From Paracoccaceae bacterium (GTDB taxonomy: Bacteria > Pseudomonadota > Alphaproteobacteria > Rhodobacterales > Rhodobacteraceae): a stretch of DNA of 33,757 nt. The notes below the pieces were generated by a model that was not told the DNA's origin, did no database searches, and worked only from the letters and a program-made list of their open reading frames with translations. The DNA lies in contig DAOUPC010000001.1 of NCBI GenBank assembly GCA_030626365.1, forward strand, positions 1 through 33,757. The letters run 5' to 3'. This document shows positions 26,392-33,757 of the stretch, piece after piece. Position numbers and translations under genes: made by a program. Positions within the stretch are counted from its first letter, which is position 1. Every line of letters starts with the position of its first letter.

Positions 26392-27768
26392 ATGACCAAG
26401 ACACTTCAATGTATCTCGCCGATTGACGGATCGGTTTATCTGGAACGCCCGACGCTGTCGCGCGACGCTGCCGGTGCTGTGGTAACCGCCGCCCGCGCGG
26501 CACAGGCCGGTTGGGCCGCGCGCCCGATGGGCGAACGGATCAAACTGGTCCGCGCCGCCGTGGCCGAGGTTGGCAAGAACACTGACCGCATGGCACTGGA
26601 ACTGGCCCATCAGATGGGCCGCCCGGTGCGCTATGGCGGTGAATTCGGCGGCTTTGAGGAACGCGCGCTGCATATGGCAGAGATTGCCGAAACCGCCCTT
26701 GCCCCGATTATCATTGAAGACAGCGACGCCTTTACCCGCAAGATCATGCGCGAACCGCATGGCGTGGTCTTTGTGGTGGCCCCCTGGAATTACCCTTACA
26801 TGACCGCGATCAACACGGTTGCCCCGGCGCTGATTGCCGGCAACAGTGTAATCCTGAAACACGCCACCCAAACCCTGCAAGTGGGTGAACGCCTGGCCGA
26901 AGCATTTTACGCCGCTGGCATCCCGAAAGACGTGTTTCAGAACGTGTTTCTTGACCACGACACCACCAGCGCGCTGATTGCCGCGCGGTCCTTTGATTTC
27001 GTGAACTTCACCGGGTCGGTGGGTGGCGGGCAGGCGATGGAGCGCGCCGCCGCAGGCACATTCACCCCCGTCAGCACCGAACTGGGCGGCAAGGATCCGG
27101 GCTATGTCCGGGCTGACGCCGATCTGGACGCTGCGGTGGATGGGCTGATGGATGGCGCGATGTTCAACGCCGGTCAGTGCTGTTGCGGGATCGAACGGAT
27201 TTATGTCCACGCCAGCCTGTATGACGCCTTTGTCGAAAAGGCCGTGGCACTGGTGAACACGTACGTGCTGGGCAACCCTTTGGACGGTGAAACAACCATG
27301 GGCCCGATGGCCAACATCCGTTTCGCCAGCGAAGTCCGCGCCCAGATAGACGAGGCCGTTGCAGATGGGGCCACGGCCCATATCGCGCCCTTTGCGGCAG
27401 ATGATGGCGGCGCGTATCTGACGCCACAAATCCTTACGGGCGTGAATCACAACATGCGCGTCATGCGCGACGAAAGCTTTGGCCCGGTGGTGGGCATCAT
27501 GTCCGTCAAAGACGATGACGAGGCAATCGCGCTGATGAACGACAGCATGTTTGGCCTGACTGCGGCGATCTATACCAAAGACGCGCAGGCGGCGGATGCC
27601 ATCGGTGCCCGCCTGCAAACCGGCACGGTGTTCATGAACCGCTGTGATTATCTTGATCCGGCATTGTGCTGGACCGGTTGCAAAGATACCGGTCGCGGTG
27701 CCGGCCTGTCGGTGCTGGGCTTTCAGGCCCTCACCCGTCCGAAATCCTACCACCTCAAGAAAGCCTGA
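26392..27768 (+). CDS. NAD(P)-dependent aldehyde dehydrogenase
   Basis: 458 aa. VAPWNYP, FTGSVGGG, ELGGKDP, catalytic-Cys region NAGQCCCGIERIYV, ESFGPV. Confidence 0.9.
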   Translation: MTKTLQCISPIDGSVYLERPTLSRDAAGAVVTAARAAQAGWAARPMGERIKLVRAAVAEVGKNTDRMALELAHQMGRPVRYGGEFGGFEERALHMAEIAETALAPIIIEDSDAFTRKIMREPHGVVFVVAPWNYPYMTAINTVAPALIAGNSVILKHATQTLQVGERLAEAFYAAGIPKDVFQNVFLDHDTTSALIAARSFDFVNFTGSVGGGQAMERAAAGTFTPVSTELGGKDPGYVRADADLDAAVDGLMDGAMFNAGQCCCGIERIYVHASLYDAFVEKAVALVNTYVLGNPLDGETTMGPMANIRFASEVRAQIDEAVADGATAHIAPFAADDGGAYLTPQILTGVNHNMRVMRDESFGPVVGIMSVKDDDEAIALMNDSMFGLTAAIYTKDAQAADAIGARLQTGTVFMNRCDYLDPALCWTGCKDTGRGAGLSVLGFQALTRPKSYHLKKA

Positions 27769-27772
27769 AGTC

Positions 27773-28918
27773 ATGAAACTTGTTGGAAACTGGTCTTATC
27801 CCACCGCGATCCGCTTTGGTGCCGGGCGTATATCCGAAATCGCCGAATCCTGCGCCGCTGCCGGTATCTCGCGCCCGCTGCTGGTCACGGACCGTGGCCT
27901 TGCCAGCCTGGCGATCACCACGGCCACGCTGGACCTGCTTGAGACCGCCGGTCTGGGCCGGGCGATGTTTGCGGATGTTGACCCAAACCCGAACGAAACC
28001 AACGTCGCCGAGGGACTGAAAATGTACCGTGACGGCGGCTTTGACGGGGTGATCGCCTTTGGTGGCGGCTCGGCCCTTGATCTGGGTAAGGTGCTGGCGT
28101 TCATGGCCGGCCAAACCCGCCCGATGTGGGATTTTGAGGATGTCGGCGACTGGTGGACCCGCGCCGACCCGGCCGGTATTCACCCGATCGTTGCCGTACC
28201 AACCACTGCTGGCACCGGCTCCGAGGTGGGGCGCGCAGGTATTATTACCAATTCGCAAACCCACGAGAAAAAGATCATCTTTCACCCCAAAATGCTGGCT
28301 CAGGTGGTGATTTGCGACCCTGAACTGACCGTTGGCATGCCGCCCTTCTTTACTGCCGGTACGGGTCTGGATGCCTTTGCCCATTGCGTCGAGGCGTTCT
28401 GTTCCCCGCATTACCACCCCATGTCACAGGGCATGGCACTGGAAGGGATGCGACTGGTCAAGGAATACCTGCCGCGCGCCTATGCGGATGGCACCGATAT
28501 CGAGGCGCGCGCGCATATGATGTCTGCTGCGCTCATGGGGTCCACCGCGTTCCAAAAGGGGCTGGGCGCGATCCATGCGCTAAGCCACCCCATTGGTGCG
28601 CATCACCACACCCATCACGGCACGACCAATGCGGTTTGCATGCCTGCGGTGCTGCAATTCAACCGCCCCACCGCCGAAGGCGTACTGTCCGAGGCCGCCG
28701 ATTATCTGGGGATTGCGGGCGGATTTGACGGGTTTGCCGCCTATGTGGACGGGCTGAATGCGTCAATGAACATCCCGCGCACATTGGGCGAACTGGGCGT
28801 CACCAACCCCGATATTGATGTCCTGACCCGCGATGCACTGAATGACCCCAGCGTGGGGGGCAACCCGGTTGAAATGACAACCGAGAACACCAAAGCCCTG
28901 TTCGAGGCCTGCCTGTAA
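27773..28918 (+). CDS. Iron-containing (group III) alcohol dehydrogenase
   Basis: 381 aa from the ATG at 27773, 4 nt after the ALDH stop. GGGSALDLGK, VPTTAGTGSE, and the metal-ligand His region HALSHPIGAHHHTHHG. The ORF-track start at 27644 lies inside the ALDH gene. Confidence 0.9.
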   Translation: MKLVGNWSYPTAIRFGAGRISEIAESCAAAGISRPLLVTDRGLASLAITTATLDLLETAGLGRAMFADVDPNPNETNVAEGLKMYRDGGFDGVIAFGGGSALDLGKVLAFMAGQTRPMWDFEDVGDWWTRADPAGIHPIVAVPTTAGTGSEVGRAGIITNSQTHEKKIIFHPKMLAQVVICDPELTVGMPPFFTAGTGLDAFAHCVEAFCSPHYHPMSQGMALEGMRLVKEYLPRAYADGTDIEARAHMMSAALMGSTAFQKGLGAIHALSHPIGAHHHTHHGTTNAVCMPAVLQFNRPTAEGVLSEAADYLGIAGGFDGFAAYVDGLNASMNIPRTLGELGVTNPDIDVLTRDALNDPSVGGNPVEMTTENTKALFEACL

Positions 28919-28929
28919 TCAGTTACCTT

Positions 28930-28949
28930 CCAGGCGCTTTTGCGTCTGG
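28930..28949. terminator. Hairpin between convergent ADH and ABC permease genes
   Basis: CCAGGCGC-tttt-GCGTCTGG, an 8-bp stem including one G-U pair. No clear U-tract. Confidence 0.35.
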
Positions 28950-28974
28950 GGGTCAAACAACCCCGGCCACATCA

Positions 28975-29796
28975 TCAGTTGCGCCAGCGCAGCAATCTCT
29001 TTTCCATCAATCCGATGGCCCAGCTGGTGATCACCCCCAACACCGACAGGATCAGTACCCCGGCAAACAGCCGCTCCAGGTCATAAAGTGACCCGGCTTG
29101 CAGGATATAGGCCCCGATCCCGTATTCCGCGCCCAGCATCTCTGCCGCAACCAACAAGATGATGCCAATCGCCAGTGATACCCGCAGCCCGGACAATATG
29201 CCGGGCAGGGCACCGGGCAGCACGATCTTGCGAACAATCGACATCCAGCTAAGGCCAAAACTCTGGCCCATCCGCACCAATGTGCGGTCCACATTGTCCA
29301 CCGCGCCATAGGTCGACACAATCGTCGGCGTGAACGTCCCCAGCGCAATCAGCGCGTATTTGGACCCCTCATCAATGCCAAACCAGATCACGAACAGCGG
29401 CAACAGGGCGATCTTCGGGATCGGAAACAGCGCGGCAACCAGCGGGATCAGCCCGGCCCGCACATAGGAAAACAGCCCGATCATTATGCCAACACCGATA
29501 CCGGCACTTACGCCCAGCGCGCTGCCAACCACCAGCCGGGTCAGCGATGGCCCCAGGTGGGTCCAGAACATGCCCGATTGCCACAGCTCAACCAGCGTCG
29601 CCGCCACATCAGACGGGCGCGGCAAGGTCAGATTGGTAATCCAGCCGGTCCGCGTGCCCCATTCCGCCAGCGCCAACAACACGACAAAGACGACAATACC
29701 GGCCCCACGTTTGGCCACCGGTCGAAAACCGCCACCGCGAAAGGGCACCGGACGCGCCAAATCCGGGCGCGCGGTTTCTGATCCACCCTCAGACAT
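28975..29796 (-). CDS. ABC transporter permease, NitT/TauT (SsuC/TauC-like) family
   Basis: 273 aa, multi-helix. EAA-loop-like region VDRTLVRMGQSFGLSWMSIVRKIVLPGALPGI. Overlaps the ATPase stop by 8 nt. Confidence 0.88.
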   Translation of the reverse strand: MSEGGSETARPDLARPVPFRGGGFRPVAKRGAGIVVFVVLLALAEWGTRTGWITNLTLPRPSDVAATLVELWQSGMFWTHLGPSLTRLVVGSALGVSAGIGVGIMIGLFSYVRAGLIPLVAALFPIPKIALLPLFVIWFGIDEGSKYALIALGTFTPTIVSTYGAVDNVDRTLVRMGQSFGLSWMSIVRKIVLPGALPGILSGLRVSLAIGIILLVAAEMLGAEYGIGAYILQAGSLYDLERLFAGVLILSVLGVITSWAIGLMEKRLLRWRN

Positions 29797-30556
29797 GCAG
29801 CAATTCCTGATCTGCGGCCATCGCCTCTTGCTTCATCATGTCCCACAACTGTGCCTGCACCGCCTCAAGGCGTGCATCCCCCGCGCGGCGCTCGGTCAGG
29901 GGGATATCGATCTTGACCACTTCGCACAGGCGCCCGGGGCGGCGGGACAGCACCGCAATCCGGTGGCCCAGCCGCACCGCTTCGGCCAGGTTGTGGGTGA
30001 CATAGACGCCGGTAAAGGGCTGGCGTTCCCACAGACCGATCATGTCTTCCATCAGTAATTCGCGGGTTTGCGCATCAAGTGCGGACAGCGGTTCGTCCAG
30101 CAACATAACGGCAGGCTTTACCGCCAGCGCGCGGGCAATTGCCACCCTTTGTTTCATCCCGCCCGACAATTGCCGGGGCAATGCGGTGCGAAAATCGGAC
30201 AGCTTGGTGCGCGCCAGAACGTCACTGATGATGTGATCTGCCTTGGCCCCGCGAATACCGTGATCTTCCAGCACCAGCGAAATGTTGCCCTCGACCGTGC
30301 GCCAGGGCAGCAGGGCAAAGTCCTGAAACACATACGTTAACGGGTTCAGACAGCCCTCGGGCGCTGTGCCCCGTTGCAAAATCTGCCCCGCGCTGGGCCT
30401 TTCCAGCCCGCCAATCAGGCGCAGCAATGTTGACTTGCCACAGCCGGACGGGCCGATCACGCACAGGATTTCACCCGCCGGAATATGCAGCGATACATCC
30501 TCAAGCACCGTCAGCCCGTCGTAACGGTGGGTGATGTTTTCCAGGGTCAGATCCAT
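29789..30556 (-). CDS. ABC transporter ATP-binding protein (NitT/TauT family)
   Basis: 255 aa from the ATG at 30556. Walker A GPSGCGKST, signature LSGGMKQR, Walker B MLLDEP. Confidence 0.9.
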   Translation of the reverse strand: MDLTLENITHRYDGLTVLEDVSLHIPAGEILCVIGPSGCGKSTLLRLIGGLERPSAGQILQRGTAPEGCLNPLTYVFQDFALLPWRTVEGNISLVLEDHGIRGAKADHIISDVLARTKLSDFRTALPRQLSGGMKQRVAIARALAVKPAVMLLDEPLSALDAQTRELLMEDMIGLWERQPFTGVYVTHNLAEAVRLGHRIAVLSRRPGRLCEVVKIDIPLTERRAGDARLEAVQAQLWDMMKQEAMAADQELLHV

Positions 30557-30593
30557 GGTGCAAACGGGCGGGCCACCGGCCCGCCCGTGGTCC

Positions 30594-31607
30594 TTAGATT
30601 GCGTCGACGTAAGACGGATCAACTAGTGTATCGATGGTGATACCGTCCTTGATCAGCTTTTCGGACTTGAACCAGTTCAACTGGTCATTGACCGATGCCA
30701 TGTTCAGCCCGGCGTTCTTGTTGATCCGCATGGCCCCGTTGCGGATTGATTTTTCCGCCTTTTCAAAGGGCTTGCTGGCATAGACATACTTGTGAACCAG
30801 CCGGACCATCTCGGTCGCCGCCTCGTCGCCTGCGGTCTTGTCCACCAGTGCGGCGTTGAAATCATCCGCACCCCTTGAGAACGCCCTCAGGAAGGCCTCG
30901 GTCTGGCCGCGCTCATTGGCGGCATTATTGGCCGAGGTGAACACGGTCGTTACCTGATAGTTCGGCAAATAATCGGCCACGTCACCGATGATCTTGACCG
31001 CCCCGCCCCCGGCCAGCGCCTTGGCGATATGTGGCACGATCGACCAGGCATCAACCTGTCCCGACTTCAGCGCGCCAATGATTGCGCCAACCTTTTGCAG
31101 GGGCTTAAAGTTAACCTTGGCCCCCTCTGCGGCGCTGATTTTGGACCCCATATAATGGAACGACGATCCGGCCTGTGAAATCGCATAGCTGCGCCCGTCC
31201 AGCATCGCCGGGCTGGTCAGCCCCGCATCATAGGCGGCGTTCGAGGCCAGAATTTTCTGCCCGTCAATGCCCTTTTCCTCGCTCAGCGCACCACCGATCA
31301 CCTTGGCAGCACCCTTTTGCGCCAGGCTGACCAGCCCACCGGAAATTGCCGTTACCGCATAATCCGCGTCACCGCTTGCAATCGCCACGGCCATCGGTTG
31401 GGCCGCCTGGAAAAACTTGAATTCAACGTCCAGCCCCTCGGCGGCGAAATAGCCCCGCTCGAACGCCACAAAACTGGCGGCGTGGCTGGTGAACCGCAGC
31501 GCGCCAACCATCAGCTTGGTATTGGCAAGCGCCGGCGCGCCCAGCATCGGCAGTACGGCTGCCCCCCCGACAAGGCCAATCGCGCCCCGGCGTGTGAAAT
31601 CTGTCAT
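30594..31607 (-). CDS. ABC transporter periplasmic substrate-binding protein (NMT1/SsuA/TauA-like), Tat-like signal
   Basis: 337 aa. N-terminal FTRRGAIGLVGGAAVLPMLGAPALA signal peptide. GGGAGA SD upstream. Heads the SBP-ATPase-permease operon. Confidence 0.8.
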   Translation of the reverse strand: MTDFTRRGAIGLVGGAAVLPMLGAPALANTKLMVGALRFTSHAASFVAFERGYFAAEGLDVEFKFFQAAQPMAVAIASGDADYAVTAISGGLVSLAQKGAAKVIGGALSEEKGIDGQKILASNAAYDAGLTSPAMLDGRSYAISQAGSSFHYMGSKISAAEGAKVNFKPLQKVGAIIGALKSGQVDAWSIVPHIAKALAGGGAVKIIGDVADYLPNYQVTTVFTSANNAANERGQTEAFLRAFSRGADDFNAALVDKTAGDEAATEMVRLVHKYVYASKPFEKAEKSIRNGAMRINKNAGLNMASVNDQLNWFKSEKLIKDGITIDTLVDPSYVDAI

Positions 31608-31684
31608 GTTCTTTTCTCCCTTATAAATTCCCGCGTCACGTTAATGCCTTTGGTAACCCGTGTGCAATCACCAAGGTGTTTTGC

Positions 31685-31698
31685 GTTTCATCTGAAAC
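31685..31698. promoter_or_regulatory. Palindrome GTTTCA-TC-TGAAAC upstream of the ABC operon; possible operator
   Basis: Perfect 6-bp arms, 78-91 nt upstream of the SBP gene ATG. Pattern only. Confidence 0.25.
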
Positions 31699-31748
31699 AT
31701 GTATCGCCCTGAAAGACGGCCTGACAGCCAACCTGTGGCGGCGAATAC

Positions 31749-32396
31749 CTAACTGGCCAGCATCCTCAGCCCGTGCGTCACATCTGACCTTACCGCCAAC
31801 CGCAGCCCCGGTTCATCCCCCGCCTTCAGGGCGGCGATGATCAACTTGTGAAAATGTGGCGGATCAGTGCGGCGTAACCGGCTGTATAATGCCCGCATGG
31901 TTGGCCCCAACTGCAACCAGACCGTTTCGGCCATGGCCAGCATCGCCGGGGCCTGCGCGCGCAGATAAAGCGTTCGGTGAAACTCCAGGTTGGCGCGGAT
32001 ATACCCGACTGAATCGCGGTTGTGGGCGGCCTCTCCTACGGCGGAATTGATCATCTGCAACCGGTCAATCAGCGCGATATGTGCGCGCGGCAAGGCCCGG
32101 CTGGCCAGTTCGACCTCCAGCAGGGACCGCAACGCGGCCAGTTCCTCGATCCGTTCGTTGGTCAACTCGGGCGTTGATACCCGGCCCGAACTTGACAGAA
32201 ACAACGCCCCTTCGGCCACCAGCCGGCGTATCGATTCGCGCGCTGGTGTCATTGAAACACCGTATTCCCGGCCAACCCCGCGCAGGGTCAGCGCCTGACC
32301 CGGTGCGATGTCTCCGTGCATGATTCGGGTTCGCAGGGCCCGGTAAACCCTGTCATGTGCCGCGCCCGGCCCGTCGTTTGGTTTTGAATAGATCAT
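31749..32396 (-). CDS. GntR-family transcriptional regulator (FadR/FCD subfamily)
   Basis: 215 aa from the ATG at 32396 (MIYSKPNDG...). Winged HTH: RVYRALRTRIMHGDIAPGQALTLRGVGREYGVSMTPARESIRRLVAEGAL. Helical FCD-like C-terminal half. The ORF-track start at 32576 adds 60 implausible residues. Confidence 0.85.
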   Translation of the reverse strand: MIYSKPNDGPGAAHDRVYRALRTRIMHGDIAPGQALTLRGVGREYGVSMTPARESIRRLVAEGALFLSSSGRVSTPELTNERIEELAALRSLLEVELASRALPRAHIALIDRLQMINSAVGEAAHNRDSVGYIRANLEFHRTLYLRAQAPAMLAMAETVWLQLGPTMRALYSRLRRTDPPHFHKLIIAALKAGDEPGLRLAVRSDVTHGLRMLAS

Positions 32397-32405
32397 TTCG
32401 CCGCC

Positions 32406-32419
32406 TTTGTGATCACAAA
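32406..32419. promoter_or_regulatory. Perfect 14-bp palindrome TTTGTGATCACAAA 10 nt upstream of the GntR start; probable autoregulatory operator
   Basis: Contains the GT...AC core typical of GntR-family operators. A second inverted repeat, GTCAA-TAAG-TTGAC, lies at 32430-32443. Confidence 0.4.
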
Positions 32420-32490
32420 AGCCCCCAAGGTCAATAAGTTGACGCCGCTTGTTTGGCCAATCTGCCTGTTCGGGTAACCTGACCCGCAGA

Positions 32491-33171
32491 TCAGAACCGG
32501 TAACGATGCAACCCGGCCCCGTTTTCGCGCAGCCACCGGCGGGCGGGGGCATAGGCCCCGTACAGGTGCCCGACATTGGCCCAGAACGCGGGCGAATGGT
32601 TCATCTCGGCCAGATGCGCCACCTCGTGCGCCGCCACATAGCGCAGCACCTCGGGCGGGGCGAGGATCAGCCGCCAGGAAAACATCAGCGCCCTTTGCGA
32701 CGAACACGACCCCCAGCGGGACCTGGTATCGCGCAGCGTGATGCGCGCATAGCTTTGGCCAAGCGCGCCAGCATACTGATCCGCCGCCGTCGCCAGACGC
32801 TCACGCGCCAGCGTGCGCAACCAGGACTGAAGCCGCGAACCCGCGCTGTCCTCTGGCACCGCGACCTCTTCGGGGTGCATGGTGACCCTTTTTGTGCTTG
32901 CCGCAACGATGCGACACATCTTGCCCTCTATGGGCAAAACCGCACCGTGGCGCACCATGACGTCATCTTCTCTTGCGCTCAGATGGTCGCGAATCCAGCT
33001 GGCCTTGGACGCGGCAAATTCCAACGCTTCTTTGTCGCGCACACCGTTGGGCATGGTCAGCGTCACCCGCCCGTCCAGCTGTGGAATGCGCAGGGATATG
33101 CGGCGCGCGCGCCCGGACCGGCGCAAAACCAGCGGAATTGGCGGCTCTCCCGGTAGGATATGATCGATCAT
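32491..33171 (-). CDS. DUF45 / YgjP-like (M48-related) zinc metallohydrolase
   Basis: HEVAHL zinc motif within RYVAAHEVAHLAEMNHSPAFW. WGSCSS string typical of DUF45. ATG at 33171, or GTG at 33189 as the alternative start. Confidence 0.8.
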   Translation of the reverse strand: MIDHILPGEPPIPLVLRRSGRARRISLRIPQLDGRVTLTMPNGVRDKEALEFAASKASWIRDHLSAREDDVMVRHGAVLPIEGKMCRIVAASTKRVTMHPEEVAVPEDSAGSRLQSWLRTLARERLATAADQYAGALGQSYARITLRDTRSRWGSCSSQRALMFSWRLILAPPEVLRYVAAHEVAHLAEMNHSPAFWANVGHLYGAYAPARRWLRENGAGLHRYRF

Positions 33172-33273
33172 TCCGGCATCCCCGGTCACTAAAGGCTTTG
33201 ACAGTCCCCATCTCTTATGGCACGTGAGCGGAATCGTCGATATAACCTGATCAGATAATCAAAGGGATTTCAC

Positions 33274-33603
33274 ATGCCCAAGAAAGAATGGGGTACGAAA
33301 CGTATTTGCCTGACCACCGGCAAACGTTTTTACGACCTGAACAAGACACCAATCGTCAGCCCCTACACGGGCGAGATATTGGACATCGAGTCCGGCAAAA
33401 GCCGGATGATCGCAGCCGATGCCGAAGATGCGGCCACGCTGAAGGCCAAACAGGCCGAAGATGCCGCCGAAGACGTCACACTTGAGGATGACGATACATC
33501 CGATGTCGATCTGGGCGATGATGTTCTGGATGATGACGACGACGACGACGACACCGTTTCGCTGGACGAAATTGCGGACGTCCCGGCCAACGACGACGAC
33601 TGA
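33274..33603 (+). CDS. TIGR02300 (FYDLN_acid) family protein with acidic C-terminal tail
   Basis: 109 aa. N-terminus MPKKEWGTKRICLTTGKRFYDLNKTPIVSPYTGE carries the family-defining FYDLN motif. D/E-rich tail including D8. Confidence 0.75.
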   Translation: MPKKEWGTKRICLTTGKRFYDLNKTPIVSPYTGEILDIESGKSRMIAADAEDAATLKAKQAEDAAEDVTLEDDDTSDVDLGDDVLDDDDDDDDTVSLDEIADVPANDDD

Positions 33604-33636
33604 AACCAACAATTTAGCGCCGGCAATATTTTTGGC

Positions 33637-33665
33637 TTGATCCCGTCCGGGGTTACGCCTATTGA
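33637..33665 (+). promoter_or_regulatory. Putative promoter of tRNA-Ala
   Basis: TTGATC (33637-33642), 17-nt spacer, TATTGA (33660-33665), about 15 nt before the tRNA 5' end. Pattern only. Confidence 0.3.
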
Positions 33666-33680
33666 CCGGCGCATAGGATT

Positions 33681-33756
33681 GGGGCCTTAGCTCAGCTGGG
33701 AGAGCGCCTGCATGGCATGCAGGAGGTCAGGGGTTCGATCCCCCTAGGCTCCACCA
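33681..33756 (+). tRNA. tRNA-Ala (anticodon GGC), CCA encoded
   Basis: Cloverleaf read by hand. Acceptor GGGGCCT/AGGCTCC with the G3:U70 alanine identity pair. D arm GCTC-AGCTGGG-AGAGC. Anticodon stem CCTGC/GCAGG with loop AT-GGC-AT. T arm GGGGT-TCGATCC-CCCT(A). 3' ACCA. Confidence 0.93.
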
Positions 33757-33757
33757 A

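Noticed and set aside
26092-27774. 560-aa minus-strand ORF opposite the aldehyde dehydrogenase
   Set aside because: It is antisense to a well-supported ALDH (ELGGKDP and catalytic Cys present on the plus strand). The composition is typical of a GC-rich shadow ORF.
32406-32419. TGTGA / TCACA half-sites suggesting a CRP-family site
   Set aside because: The half-sites abut with no spacer, whereas CRP sites have a 6-bp spacer. The GT..AC palindrome next to a GntR gene is more simply a GntR operator.
1173-32576. Long N-terminal extensions offered by the ORF track (starts at 1173, 4739, 10104, 12255, 12267, 14968, 18692, 19956, 27644, 30622, 32576)
   Set aside because: In each case an internal ATG gives the conserved family N-terminus and has a Shine-Dalgarno or start/stop coupling. 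It also removes overlap with the upstream gene. The extensions are Arg/Pro-rich and non-homologous in appearance.
33529-33552. GAT GAT (GAC)6 trinucleotide repeat
   Set aside because: It is in frame and encodes the D8 run of the acidic tail that defines FYDLN_acid proteins. It is low-complexity coding sequence, not a CRISPR or regulatory repeat. Length polymorphism is possible but of little interest.
33681-33756. tRNA-Ala at the window edge as a possible genomic-island integration site
   Set aside because: No integrase, no excisionase, and no direct repeat of the tRNA 3' end noticed in the window. The adjacent genes (DUF45, FYDLN) look like conserved core genes. Sequence beyond 33757 is not visible.
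1-33757. Window-wide scan for CRISPR arrays, IS elements, terminal inverted repeats, phage or known defence modules
   Set aside because: None seen. All sizeable ORFs are metabolic, transport or regulatory. The only repeats found are short operator-like palindromes and terminator hairpins.

Overview
High-GC (about 60%) chromosomal segment of alphaproteobacterial type. A Rhodobacterales-like origin is only a guess from protein style and the presence of a TIGR02300/FYDLN protein. The window is almost entirely catabolic operons. I saw no transposase, integrase, CRISPR array, phage gene or recognisable defence gene.

Gene order, left to right:
1. A translationally coupled Rieske oxygenase plus glutamine-synthetase-like (GS-like) ligase pair, cut by the left window edge.
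2. A tandem glycine riboswitch followed by gcvT-gcvH-gcvP.
3. An acyl-CoA dehydrogenase, convergent with a FAH-family hydrolase.
4. A split phenylacetate (paa) catabolon: paaZ, then divergent paaG-paaI, a 35-codon ORF and a TetR regulator (paaR). These are followed on the minus strand by an unusual rhodanese::HigA-HTH fusion gene and paaJ-paaABCDE.
5. An RpiR-regulated island: FGase-family amidohydrolase, TRAP transporter (Q, M, P), a second GS-like ligase, an aldehyde dehydrogenase and an Fe-alcohol dehydrogenase. I read this as a gamma-glutamylation pathway for an amino alcohol (ethanolamine type) that would yield glycine.
6. A NitT/TauT-type ABC importer with a GntR/FCD regulator.
7. A DUF45 metallohydrolase, a FYDLN-acid protein and tRNA-Ala(GGC).

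Best candidates for under-described biology:
- the TRAP plus gamma-glutamylation island, including a TRAP binding protein that lacks the carboxylate-clamp arginine;
- the Rieske/GS-like pair;
- the orphan rhodanese::HigA fusion inside the paa cluster.

All functional calls come from by-eye motif recognition. No searches were run.
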